Source of the DNA: Eledone cirrhosa
Lineage: Eukaryota
Length of the DNA stretch: 64,000 bases
NCBI GenBank assembly: GCA_964016885.1
Contig: OZ024742.1
Span: 45,880,001-45,944,000, forward strand
Reading direction: 5' to 3'
Notes under the pieces: generated by a model
Told to the model about the DNA's origin: nothing
The model's database searches: none
The model's input: only the letters and a program-made list of their open reading frames with translations
Part shown: in pieces, positions 19,955-30,936 of the stretch
Layout of the letters: every line of letters starts with the position of its first letter
Numbering within the stretch: position 1 is the stretch's first letter
Made by a program: the position numbers and the translations under genes

Positions 19955-21225
19955 CTGTATGCTGATGACCTCGCACTCATAGCTGAATCTATGGTAGAAC
20001 TAGAGAATAAATTCCAAACCTGGAAGCAGGGACTAGAGAGAAAGGGCCTCAAAGTCAACATGACAAAGACTAAGGTCCTTATAAGTAGACGAGAAAACAG
20101 AACCCAGATCCCCTCAGGGAAATGGCCTTGCTCAGTATGTAGGAAAGGTGTAGGTAGGAACTCCATTCTCTGCCCCAAATGCAAACAATGGGTACACAAG
20201 AGATGTAGCGGGATCTCAGGAAGCTTAATTAAGAATGTAGGATTCACATGCAGCAGCTGTGCTGAAACAGCAAGCAAACAGCCACAGGAAACAAGTACCA
20301 CCAATCTCTGGGAGGGCCCTGTAGAAACAGTAGACAGCTTCTGCTACCTAGGTGACCGAATTAGCAACGGAGGTGGGTGCTCAGAAAGTACAATAACTAG
20401 GGTAAGAACGGGATGGAAGAAGTTTAGGGAACTACTACCACTGCTAGCTGCAAAAGGCTTCTCCCTCAGAATGAAAGGCAGACTGTATGATGCGTGTATC
20501 CGAACAGCGATGTTGCATGGTAGTGAGACCTGGGCGCTGAAGGTGGAAGACTTACGTAGATTAGAGAGAAACGAAGCCTGCATGCTCCGATGGATGTGTA
20601 ACAGTAATATACGTGAACGACAAAGCATAAAGGAATTGAGAGAGAGACTGAGCATAAGAGGAATCAAATGCTGCGTGCAGGAGAGGCGGTTACGCTGGTA
20701 TGGACATGTGATGCGTATGAAGAATGACAGCTGCATAAAAAGGTGCAGAGCACTAGAAGTTGATGGAAACCGCGGAGTGGGGAGACCCAAGATGACTTGG
20801 GATGAGGTGATAAAAGCTGACCTTACCCAACTACACCTCTCAAAGTCAATGACACACGACCGTGACTTCTGGCGTCACGCAGTAATACAGGGTACCCGAC
20901 CTCCCATGGGTACATGCTGAAGCATATAAACAATATGCCCCCACTCCCCCCCACCGCAAGGTGGTCGTGGAAGTGCCACGGCAAAAAAAGCACCCAGCCC
21001 ACACTGTAAAGTGGACGTGTAGGCGCCACGAAAAAGCACCCAGCACTCACTGTAAATGAGGTTGGTGTTAGGAAGGGCATCCAGCTGTAGAAATCAAGCC
21101 AGATCAGTTCCTGTATGAGCAAGGCATGGTCAGCCGACCAGACACTGCCCACAACAGGACAACCCGTCTAACCCATGCTAGCGTGGAAGAACGGACGTAA
21201 AACGGTGATGATGATGATGATGATG
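19955..21225 (+). mobile_element. RTE LINE family A, 5'-truncated at LYADD, with intact 3' UTR and (GAT)n tail
   Basis: ORF 19919-20920 (LYADDL, CSVC..C, FCYLG, AMLHGSETW, RLRWYGHV, GRPK) and tail gatgatgat at 21206-21224. Flanked by TA/TG repeats. Confidence 0.92.
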
Positions 21226-21290
21226 TGTATATATATATATGTATATATATATGTATATATATGTATGTGTGTGTATATATATATATATAT

Positions 21291-21640
21291 GGGGAGGTAC
21301 ATGGCTTAGTGGTTAGAGCATTGGCCTTGCAATCGCAAGGTTGTGAGTTCAATTTTCAGACCGGGTGATGTGTTGTTTCCTTGAGCAAGACACTTTATTT
21401 CACATTGCTCCAGTTTACTCAGCTGTAGAAATGAGATGATAGGGACTGGGGTCGCTATTATTCCACTGCAAAGTGGTCGTGGAGGTGCCACGGCAAAAAA
21501 GCACCCAGCACTCACTGTAAATGAGGTTGGTGTTAGGAAGGGCATCCAGCTGTAGAAATCAAGCCAGAATCAGTTCCCGTCCCACCCTTGCTAGCAGGGA
21601 AAAGCGGACGTAAAATGAAATGATGAAAAAATGATGATAT
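21291..21640 (+). mobile_element. tRNA-derived SINE with an RTE-derived 3' tail
   Basis: Head as in the 19066 element. Bases 21468-21580 match the RTE 3' UTR at 20956-21110. Ends in gat repeats. Confidence 0.8.
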
Positions 21641-21829
21641 ATATATATATATTTATTTAGGTTTGTAGATTCACCACTGGATAGAACTGGTCATTCCGTA
21701 TGGTCAACCTCAATGTAATATTATGGAGAGCACTCACCATAATGCAACTCACCCGTCTTCGTTAGTGTAGTTGGTGGTGCGAGTACAGAGGTAATTATTA
21801 TAAAATAACAGGAGGCTGGACTGGTGTAA

Positions 21830-21887
21830 ATTCTATGATCATTTCAATGACTGAATTCAGTATGAATCCGGTGACATCATCAGGTAT
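21830..21887 (-). ncRNA. Degenerate hammerhead copy in the left arm
   Basis: Reverse complement reads atac-CTGATGA-tgtcaccgg...cagtcatt-GAAA-tgatca-TA-gaat. Stems I and II are partly disrupted. Confidence 0.55.
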
Positions 21888-22561
21888 TCAAAATATAACA
21901 AAGGAATATAACAGATAAAATCCATGGGGCTGAAAATCAGAGACAAGAGGATGACCGACTATTTAGCAGCTTCTACCTCGGTCGACCGCCCTCAAGTGTT
22001 GATTATTAAGTCTACTTATGACCATCTGGTGAGGGCGCGCAAGCTTATAATGTGCTACTACCTCCCCGTCAAAGAGAAATGTCAGCGTTGAGGTCATGCC
22101 TCAATCAGGCTGATCATGCATGCTAGAAATTGCTGCGAAAAGTGTTTTTTCCAAAGAACATATATCTTCAACAAAGACATATATAGTGGGCGTCTGTATG
22201 GTATAATGTGTGGACAGAAACTTTGGTTAAGAATTAGAAACGTTAAACTTATGTTTAACGTTTAGAGTTGTAGGATGAAATTAGAAAAATAAGGTTTAAG
22301 GTTTGGGTTGTGAGATTTAGTTAAAGAATTTACAGCAGGAGGCTGTTATGAAAGAAAAAGTTTAAGTGTATTATAGATAGTCACGATAAATTTTCAGGGT
22401 AGGATACAGAGTAAAGATTAAGCCCTTGCTTAGCGGTCAATATAATAAACTACTTGAGGGCGGTCGACCGAGGTAGAAGCTGCTAAATAGTCAGTCGTCC
22501 TCTTGTCTCTGATTTTCAGCCCCATGGATTTTATCTGTTATATTCCTTTGTTATATTTTGA

Positions 22562-22619
22562 ATACCTGATGATGTCACCGGATTCATACTGAAACCGGTC
22601 ATTGAAATGATCATAGTAT
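22562..22619 (+). ncRNA. Minimal type I hammerhead motif
   Basis: atac-CTGATGA-t gtc accgg attcatactgaaa ccggt cat t-GAAA-tgatca-TA-gtat-AATAAA. Stem III is the palindrome ATGATCAT, with a U.U pair at the base of stem II. Confidence 0.75.
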
Positions 22620-22668
22620 AATAAACCTTTCAAGGATTTACACCAGTCCAGCCTCCTGTTATTTTATA

Positions 22669-22737
<69 letters not shown>

Positions 22738-22743
22738 CACACA

Positions 22744-23372
22744 TCATCATCATCATCATCAACGTTTAACGTCCGTGTTCCACGCTTGCATGGGTTTGGA
22801 CGGGGGTAGTCCCACTTGAGGCAAGAGTGATTGTCTTGCTCGCATAGGACTGTCTGGCAGGTTTTCTACAGTTGGATGCCCTTCCTAACACCAACCACAT
22901 TTACAGTGTGGGTCTGGGAGGTTTTTACCGTGTTGCCTACACGGCCACATTACAGCGTGGACTGTGTGTTTTTTTGTCGTGACACCTACACGATCTCATT
23001 TGTTTCGGCCTCGATGGCGCGGCACCAACATAACTTTACATAGAACGGGGTGGTGTGGATCGGGTGGGGGTGGTGGGACGGGGTGTATTTGTTAGAGATG
23101 CCTACTGGCTGGAGTAGGTTTTACTATATATTTAGGTAAGGCGGGTCTTCTCTGTTACTGAGTACCGCCAAAGGTCTCGGTCCAGTGACATTGTCTTGGA
23201 GAGGTGTAAGTGTGTGATGTCGGAGTTTATCAGCTCGTCCCAGGTTTTTCTAGGTCTGCCTATTCCGTGACTACCGTCTATCTTTATTGCCCTGCACTTT
23301 GTTATACAGCTATCGACTTTCATGCGCATCACGTGTCCATACCAACGTAGCCTTCTCTCGAGTAAACAACAT
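22744..23372 (-). mobile_element. RTE LINE family B, 3' fragment
   Basis: CCLLERRLRWYGHV...GRPRKTW plus 3' UTR and (GAT)n. Nearly identical to 33331-33952. Confidence 0.88.
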
Positions 23373-23426
<54 letters not shown>

Positions 23427-24214
23427 TATATATATATATATATATATATTTCCTCCGAATGAAACAGTTCTAATCCTGTAGAAGCCATTTCTATATTAAA
23501 TGTTTATACTCTGCTATGTATTGAGTACCTTACTTACTGTGGTTACCCCCGATTGAACCCGGGATAAACATATATATATATAAATGCAAGTTTTCGATTC
23601 TGTGTCTGCCTAAAACTCAGAAAATATAAGACTGAACCCCTCAAAATCATGTATACATATTTACTAGACACTTGGACAGGTAATGGTAAAACAAATTTTA
23701 ATTTGCAAAGCAAGGAATTCCTTTAATTTCAATTTATCGTAGTTTCTAATGAATATTGAAAGAAATCATCCATTTTGTTTTTTGTTTTCCATTCTGTAGA
23801 GAAAAAGAGAGAGTGGAGGGGTGAGTGTGAGGGAGTGAGAGGGGATGAGAAAGAGAGTGAGAGAGAGGTTGAGAGAAAAAGAGAAAGTGGGGATGAGAGG
23901 GAGTAACAGAAAGAGAGTGAGGGTGATTGGGGGAGAAAATGATAGCAGCGTTCGATAACTTCAACTTTTATTTATTTATTTATTCTTTACACACTGTTTA
24001 ACTCCCTCCACTTCCTCAACGTTATATCTCTTTCTCTCTTTCATACAAGTCATACTGGGACTGTGTGGGTATGTGTGCGCATGTGTGTCGGCGTGTGTGT
24101 GTGTATACTTAAGTTAGAGACATATGTTTGATTGTCAAATATATATGGTTACAAACACACACACATATCTCACCTAAGAACGGTGACACACACATATATG
24201 TGTGTGTGTGTGTG

Positions 24215-24790
24215 TCACCTATTGATAACTTCCGATATCTAGGTGATCAAATTAGAAAGGGAGGAGGATGCTTTGTGGTCATAATATCTAGAATAAGGAC
24301 AGGATGGAAGAAGTTTAGGGAGCTGCTTCCTCTGTTGACAATGAAAGCTCAGTTGTATGAAGCCTGTGTGAGATGCGCATGGTAGTAAGACATGGGCAGC
24401 AACTGCGGAGGATATGAAAAGACTGGAGAGAAATGAAGCAAGCATGCTTCAATAGATGTGCAATGTCAATGTGCATGAATGACCAAGCGTGGACTAGTTG
24501 AGAATGAAACTGTGTATAAAAGGAATAAACTGTAGTGTGCAGGAGAGAAGACTGCGTTGGTATGGACATGTGATGTTCATGGATGATGACTGCTGGGTAA
24601 AGAAGTGCCAAGTAATCCCAGTGGAAGGAAAACGCAGTAGAGGAAGACCATGAAAATACATGGGTAGAGGCTGGTGAGAGCTGACCTTAGATTGCTGAAG
24701 CTTACAGAGGAGATGACAAAGGACCGTGACAAACGCAGAGATGCTGTGCAAGCAGGGAAAAGCGAATGTAAAATGATGATGATGATGATG
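24215..24790 (+). mobile_element. Old RTE fragment with stops and a deletion
   Basis: FRYLGDQI, RIRTGWKKFRELLPLL, RRLRWYGHV and a (GAT)n tail. Confidence 0.8.
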
Positions 24791-25014
24791 CTGAAACCCT
24801 GGGAAAAATCGATGTATTTGTTTTGCAAGTTTTTTTTATATGAATGCATGTGTTGAAACATATATTGTTATATTTGGGGAGGGTCAGGTTGTCTAAAATA
24901 ATAATAAAAAATACCAACTGTTGGTTTGGTTTTCACTTCAGTTCAGTATATCTATATATTTCTATAAATAATCAATGTTGAGTATTGCAACTCTGTCAAA
25001 GCAATACTATATAT

Positions 25015-27321
25015 CACAAAATATATCAGCAAGGGAAACGACATGGCTACCTTTGTTACTGACAAGGAACTCAATGATAGTTGTCTGGTTGAGGTCAAAC
25101 AGTATCAGACAAGTTGATACATCTCCAACAATGAAGTTATCTGGCAGATCTTTGGATTTGATATCCAACAACGCCATCTAACAGTGGTCAACTTCGCCGT
25201 CCATCTAGAAAATGGATAGATAGTGCACTTCACTGAGACCACTGCTCATCAGTTGACACAAGCACCACCTGACACTACTCTAACTGCTTTTTTAAAACTC
25301 TGCCAGAATGATGAATTTGTTTGATCCCTCCTATATGCTGACATCCCAACATACTACACCTGGACCAAATGTAAGACCTGGTATCGAAGGAAGCAGGGTC
25401 ATTTAGTGGAAAGTCATGAAGTCAACGTAAGTAATGCTATTGGGCATGTTTACAATGCCCAACCCAACAACAGGGATTGTTTTTATTTACGGGTACTTCT
25501 GCATATTGTTCAAGGACCAATGATGATCTCAGGTGCTTTGGAAGAAGAGTGTGCGCAACATACCAAGAGGCATCTAAAGAGTATGGACTCCTGCATGACA
25601 ATGGACATTGGAAGAAGAGCCTAAAAGAAGCAGTAGTCACTTGAGTAACCAGTCAAATAAGACAGTTGCTTCCTACTATACTCACAGCATGTGGAATTGA
25701 TATAACGCTCATTTACTCTGGCAGGAATACAAAAACAATATGTCATACAACTATCTACACCTATCCCAAAGACATCATGGCAATATATATATATGGAATA
25801 TACTTCCAATATTTACAATCAAACTCTCTGTGACCTGTCACATCGAGTTCAGGCAATGAATAGCATTGCAGGATGCCAGAGCATGAAGAAATGGGGGTAA
25901 CACAATAAGTTTTTTCAAGAGACAAACTACGATATTCAAGTATTGCATAAGTTTATGAATAAAAATGAACCTCGACTGGTGGATGACCAGAAATATGCCT
26001 ACCACAACATCTTGGAAAACATTCAAAATGACAGGGGAGGACTTTTTTCATCGATGCTCCTGCTGGCACAGGTAAGACAATCCTCATAAACCTCCTGCTT
26101 GCAAAGGTTCACAGAAAGCAACATATTTCCCTTGGCATTGCTTCAGGTGGCATTGCAGCAACACTTCTTGATGGAGGGAGAACTGCACACTCCATGTTGA
26201 AGCTTCCCATAGACCTCACACGACCTAACAAATCATTTTACAACATCAAGAAGAGCTCACCCAAGGGTAAGCTTCTGCAAACATGCAAGATGATAATTTG
26301 CTACCATGAGCCATAAATGAGCAATTGAAGTTTTGGACTGGACAATAAAGGATCTGAGAGAAAATACTTGCATAATGGGAGAAGTGACAATGGTTCTTGG
26401 TTTCAGACAAACTCAGCCTCTAATTCCCCGTGGAACCAAATCTGATCAGATCAATGCCTATCTGAAAACATCCTGTCTTTGGCCCCACATTCAGCGGTTG
26501 AGCCTTACAACCAGTATACAAGTGCACTTGACTGGTGATGAAGGTGTCAGTGAGTTTGCCATCCAACTACTTAAATTGGGAAATGGGCTACTCGAAAAGG
26601 ACTCCAACGAAGAGATTCAGTTGTCATTTAACCATATCATTGAAACAGAACAGGACTGATTGTCAGAGTGTTTCCAAACATTCAGATCAGACAATGTGAT
26701 GCTAAATGTCTCTGGGAACGAGTAAACTTAGCACTGATAAATGTTGATGTGAAAGAAATCAATAGAAGGCTGCTGGACATGTTACCAGGAGAGAAAAGAT
26801 GCCACAAATCAGTTGACACAATCACTTCCCAAAACCAGGTTGTAAACTATCCGACTGAATTTTTTTGAACAGCCTTGAACTAGCAGGAATTCCTCCACAC
26901 AACCTGATACTGAAGCTTGGAGCATCGGTTATGTTACTTCATAATATGGATCCTCCAAAACTTTGCAATGGCACAAGACTCATCATTAAAAAATGGGATG
27001 CCCAATGTCCTAGAAGCTGCAATCACGTCAGGAAAATTTGCTGGTGACAATTGTTTCATTCCCAGAATAACTCTGAAGGCAACTGATTTGCTATTTGAAT
27101 TTCAAAGGCTTCAATTTCCTATCAGGCTCAGTTTTGCCATGACCATCAATAACTCTCAAGGGCAATCATTGAAAATCATTGGGTTGAACTTAGCAGATCC
27201 TGTCTTTTTACATGGTCAGTTCTATGTTGGTATAACAAGGTTTGGAAACCCTGATTGTCTCTTCATTGTAGCACCACAGGGCAAAACCATAATGTTTTTT
27301 TATCCAGAGGCTTTGAAATGA
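25015..27321 (+). pseudogene. Helitron Rep C-terminal region plus PIF1-family helicase, with many stops and frameshifts
   Basis: KYISKGND, YISNNE.IW.IF, AVHLENG, Walker A FFIDAPAGTGKT (about 26045), GGRTAHS, FRQT, PPHNLILK, LCNGTRL, RLQFPIRLSFAMTINNSQGQSL and HGQFYV. Confidence 0.9.
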
Positions 27322-28122
27322 GCAATATCGTAATTCCTCATTCAATGACAAAAGATATTAATTCCTTAGTCATATAGTTTGTAAGGAATTCTGAAGTTGC
27401 AACTTTACTGCATAGTCTTACTTTGGAAGAATATACAGACATTCCTGGATACCTTTGCTTTATAAAGTATTATAAGTGAGATTTTTTTATGGTAGCTAGC
27501 TAGACCTGTTAGAAATAGCAGCCAAATTTCTTTCATATCCCAGTCTACTGTACCATGTATGTATATATGTATGATGCAAAAAGGAAAGGTTGTATGTGAC
27601 ACCTCGATCTACTAGAAATATTAGCAAAATACCTTTCAAATCACAGCCAACAATCTTACACACACACACACACACCTACATCTATATATGTATGTCATGG
27701 AAGCCACTATAACTGTTAGAAAACAACTCTCCCTCAAACAAGCTCCAACTGCCATAGAGGCAAAAGTTGGTGAAAGCTGCAGTGTAAAAATTTTAATTAA
27801 TTGGGCTCTGCAACATTTCGGGCCAGGGAGAGTAAACTCTCCAAATATTGGTCGCTCTCTGACAGGTTTGTGGTTGAGCCCATAACAGGGGAGACTTCTG
27901 GTGGCCTTGGCCCTAGGGCCACCTCCCGACTCACCACCACCTGCAGGTGTGAGCCTTGCAAGCTGGAATGGCTTTTCCAGCTCATCTCCCTCACCATCCT
28001 CCAGGAGAAACGCTTCTATTCTGACTGCCTGGGCTGCTTGGTGGCAAGCGCATGCACCCCCATTTGCTCATAATAGTGAGTGATGGGGAGATCGGGAGAG
28101 ATGGAGGTAGTGACAGTGGCAG

Positions 28123-28162
28123 TTTGGTTCCTGGTGTATATACATATACACCAGGAACCAAA
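28123..28162. repeat. Perfect 18-bp inverted repeat with a 4-nt spacer
   Basis: tttggttcctggtgtata-taca-tatacaccaggaaccaaa. Confidence 0.9.
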
Positions 28163-28164
28163 AT

Positions 28165-28382
28165 AAAAAAATAAATTTAGCATTGGTTTATGAATGAATG
28201 AAGTATTTACTTACTCATTTCTGTAATTCAGGAAAGTATTTAAATGTGTGAAAGTGTGGTAAATAAATATATCTATATATTTATTTACCACACTTTCACA
28301 CATTTAAATACTTTCCTGAATTACAGAAATGAGTAAGTCAATACTTCATTCATTCATAACCCAATGCTAAATTTATTTTTTT
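28165..28382. repeat. Long AT-rich palindrome, arms about 108 bp, 2-nt spacer
   Basis: 28165-28272 against 28275-28382, with two mismatches seen. Confidence 0.9.
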
Positions 28383-28811
28383 TTTATTTTATTTTATTTT
28401 ATTTTATTTATGGTTTTTAAAATAACCTATAGATGTTGTTTGAATTTCAGAGGTTCTGATTGTGCTAAAAAAAAAAAAAAGGATAAATAAAAAAAATCTA
28501 AATGTATTTTTTTGGTCATGCCATTTTCACTGACACCATACCTAATGGTTCTTCCAGGTATATAGGCTGATTGTAATAGGGAGTGGTATTCAAAAAATCA
28601 CCACTGGAAAAACTAATAATAATTTTATCTACATGATTTGCTTGAAACAAATGGTAATAAATATTCTGCTATAATTCCTACTTTAGTTAAAATTCAGCAA
28701 TCATATTTCAATGGTCAGATATTTTGTAATATGTGTCAAAGATATTGTAACTTTAATAAAATACCTGGGAATCACCGGGTAGCTCAGCTAATATATATAT
28801 ATATATATATA

Positions 28812-29364
28812 TCTTAACTATAATAAAAGAAGGTCTGCGGGATTGCGTCCAGAATATATTTTTTTACCCTGTTTGTAAAATAAGTTGGATTACTTTGAAT
28901 AAATAATTGTTTCTACTTTAGGCACAAGGGCAGCAATTACCCAGTGCATTAGTGGTACTTTACTTTGAATAAATAATGAATGAATATTACATAATTTATG
29001 TGCTAAATTTTGTGGCTGTTGATTAAATATATTTTATAGCTTATTTAAAGATCTTTAAAATTATCAAATGTCAACACTTCCGGTTAGCGGCCGTTATATT
29101 ATAACACTTATAATTGCATATATTTCCGGCGCTAATTTTCTCCTAATGCAGTTTATATATAATGTCGTCTTTTTTTAAAATATATCATGGATTACTGATT
29201 ACAGAAGACAGTGTAACATAGGCTTTGTTCAATTTCTGTGTATATTGTCAATTACAATTTTATTTGATGTATCATATTTACATGCATATATATTTGTGTA
29301 TAATATCAATATATACACTACACATGCTAGCAGAAAACTACCCGTAGCGTGGTTTTTCTGCTAG
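28812..29364 (+). mobile_element. Possible non-autonomous Helitron
   Basis: Starts TCttaactataataaaag and ends with the hairpin agcagaaaacta...tggtttttctgct followed by CTAG|T. Confidence 0.4.
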
Positions 29365-29412
29365 TATCACATAAGAAACGGAGAATCAGTGGTGCGACGA
29401 ATAAGATTTATT

Positions 29413-29509
29413 AGACATATTACAATCGTTTCTCTGGCGACCAGCTCGAGGCACGATCGATGCAATGATCAAACCTGACTCTGAAATCGCAAGGTCCTTG
29501 GATATGTCT
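29413..29509 (-). ncRNA. Hammerhead-like motif with core decayed to CCAAGGA
   Basis: Reverse complement reads agacatat-CCAAGGA-ccttgcga...tcgccaga-GAAA-cgattg-TA-atatgtct. Stem I is a perfect 8 bp. Confidence 0.55.
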
Positions 29510-29531
29510 CGGATATGTCTTCGTATAACCG

Positions 29532-29628
29532 AGATATATCCGAGGATCTTGCGATTTGAGAGTCAGGTTTGATCATTGTATCGATCGTGCCTTGAGCTGG
29601 TCACCAGAGAAATGATTGTAATATGTCT
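29532..29628 (+). ncRNA. Hammerhead-like motif, CCGAGGA core
   Basis: agatatat-CCGAGGA-tcttgcga...tcaccaga-GAAA-tgattg-TA-atatgtct-AATAAA. Confidence 0.65.
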
Positions 29629-29750
29629 AATAAATCTTATTCGTCGCACCACTGATTCTCCGTTTCTTATGTGATATTATACTCTGCTCTGTAAGAGCAT
29701 TGAGTGCTCAAACGGCATACCGCTTACGGACGCTTTAAGCATCCCACACC

Positions 29751-29790
<40 letters not shown>

Positions 29791-29928
29791 TGTTGGATGA
29801 TTAAAGCGTCCGTATGCGGTAGGCCGTATGAGCATTCGATGCCTTCATAGAGCAGAGTATAATATCACAGAGAAAAGAGAATCAGTGTTGCAACGAAAGG
29901 AATAGGAAAATCTGCTTCATATAATTGA

Positions 29929-30023
29929 GACGTATCCGAGGACCGGACGATTTCAGAGTCAGGTTTGATCACCACTTCGATCCTGCCTCGAGCTGGTCAC
30001 CCGAGAAACAATTGTAATATGTC
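29929..30023 (+). ncRNA. Hammerhead-like motif, CCGAGGA core
   Basis: gacgtat-CCGAGGA-ccggacga...tcacccga-GAAA-caattg-TA-atatgtc. Stem I is 7 bp and stem III is palindromic. Confidence 0.68.
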
Positions 30024-30075
30024 CAATAAATTCCTTTCGTCGCAACACTGATTCTCTTTTTTCTGTGATATATAA

Positions 30076-30125
<50 letters not shown>

Positions 30126-30133
<8 letters not shown>

Positions 30134-30827
30134 ATACATTAACGGAGGCATAGGCCGTCGTTATTCCCTGTAAATAATGTGCTCAAAGGGGAAGAGATCC
30201 TGAGCCCTTTAGAATATAATATGTTGAGAAGGTAACACACCAGAGAGAGATATCTAGTGCGTTATCAATAATACAGGGAAAAAACCACCAGTGTATGGAA
30301 TCTATAACCTATGAAAGGCAGACTATAGACACGATAATTAAAAATATAAATTAAAGCGTAAATAAATACCTTTATAACTATATAACACACTTACAAATCC
30401 AGAGATATGTTTCGCCAGAAAAATTGTTGAAAGAAATGTTAGTCTCGGTTCATCAGCGTGTGTAAGGCCATACATTTCAGACAACACTAAGAGAATTTTA
30501 CAATTGACTGTCCAGCTACACGTGGGAGAGAGAAGTCACAGCGTGTTTAAGGGCAGTGAACCAGTGGCCTCTGAGAGACGAACTGCTAGAAAGGGCAGCC
30601 CAAAGCCACTCAGAGAAGAGTGCTCAACCAAACAGAGATAGGAAAGGCTGTTGTTAGGAGCGAAATATCACGATAAATTAACGGAGGCATAGGCCGTCGT
30701 TATTCCCTGTAAATAATGTGCTCAAAGGGGAAGAGATCCTGAGCCCTTTAGAATATAATATGTTGAGAAGGTAACACACCAGAGAGAGATATTTAGTGCG
30801 CTATCAGTAATACAGGGAAAAAAACCA
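30126..30827 (-). mobile_element. Non-coding element with about 160-bp direct terminal repeats and an internal hammerhead, inserted in (TA)n
   Basis: 30126-30287 is nearly identical to 30665-30827 (period about 540 bp), with TA tracts on both sides. Confidence 0.7.
30385..30463 (-). ncRNA. Type I hammerhead motif with a full stem III
   Basis: Reverse complement reads acacacg-CTGATGA-a ccgaga...tctgg c-GAA-acatatc tctg gatttgt-A-agtgtgt. GUA site; the first stem I pair is a G.A mismatch. Confidence 0.65.
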
Positions 30828-30936
30828 TATATATATATATATAAATGAAAGGTATAGAAAGTATTGTAGCAAGAAGCCAACAGTATTCCATAATATATAT
30901 AATATATATATATATACATCTATCTATCTATCTATA

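Larger units (their letters stand above)
21797..22670. mobile_element. Non-coding element with about 215-bp inverted terminal arms, each carrying a hammerhead (inverted-pLTR Penelope-like structure)
   Basis: 21797-22008 is the reverse complement of 22443-22670, with a roughly 20-bp indel and few substitutions. The right end abuts (TA)n. Confidence 0.75.
23575..28790 (+). mobile_element. Decayed Helitron with nested insertions (ends approximate)
   Basis: Internal Rep/helicase remnant. The 3' end cctgggaatcaccgggtagctcagcta resembles a hairpin plus CTAG end. The 5' boundary is tentative. Confidence 0.5.
29365..30070. mobile_element. Compound of two inverted-arm Penelope-like repeats joined tail-to-tail across (TA)n
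   Basis: Arms at 29365-29512(-), 29529-29750(+), (TA)n, 29790-29903(-) and 29927-30070(+). Same family as 18722-19035. Confidence 0.7.

Noticed and set aside
23450-23490. GAAAcag...ctgTA, resembling the 3' half of a hammerhead
   Set aside because: The CUGANGA half is absent (replaced by a TA tract), so the motif cannot be supported.
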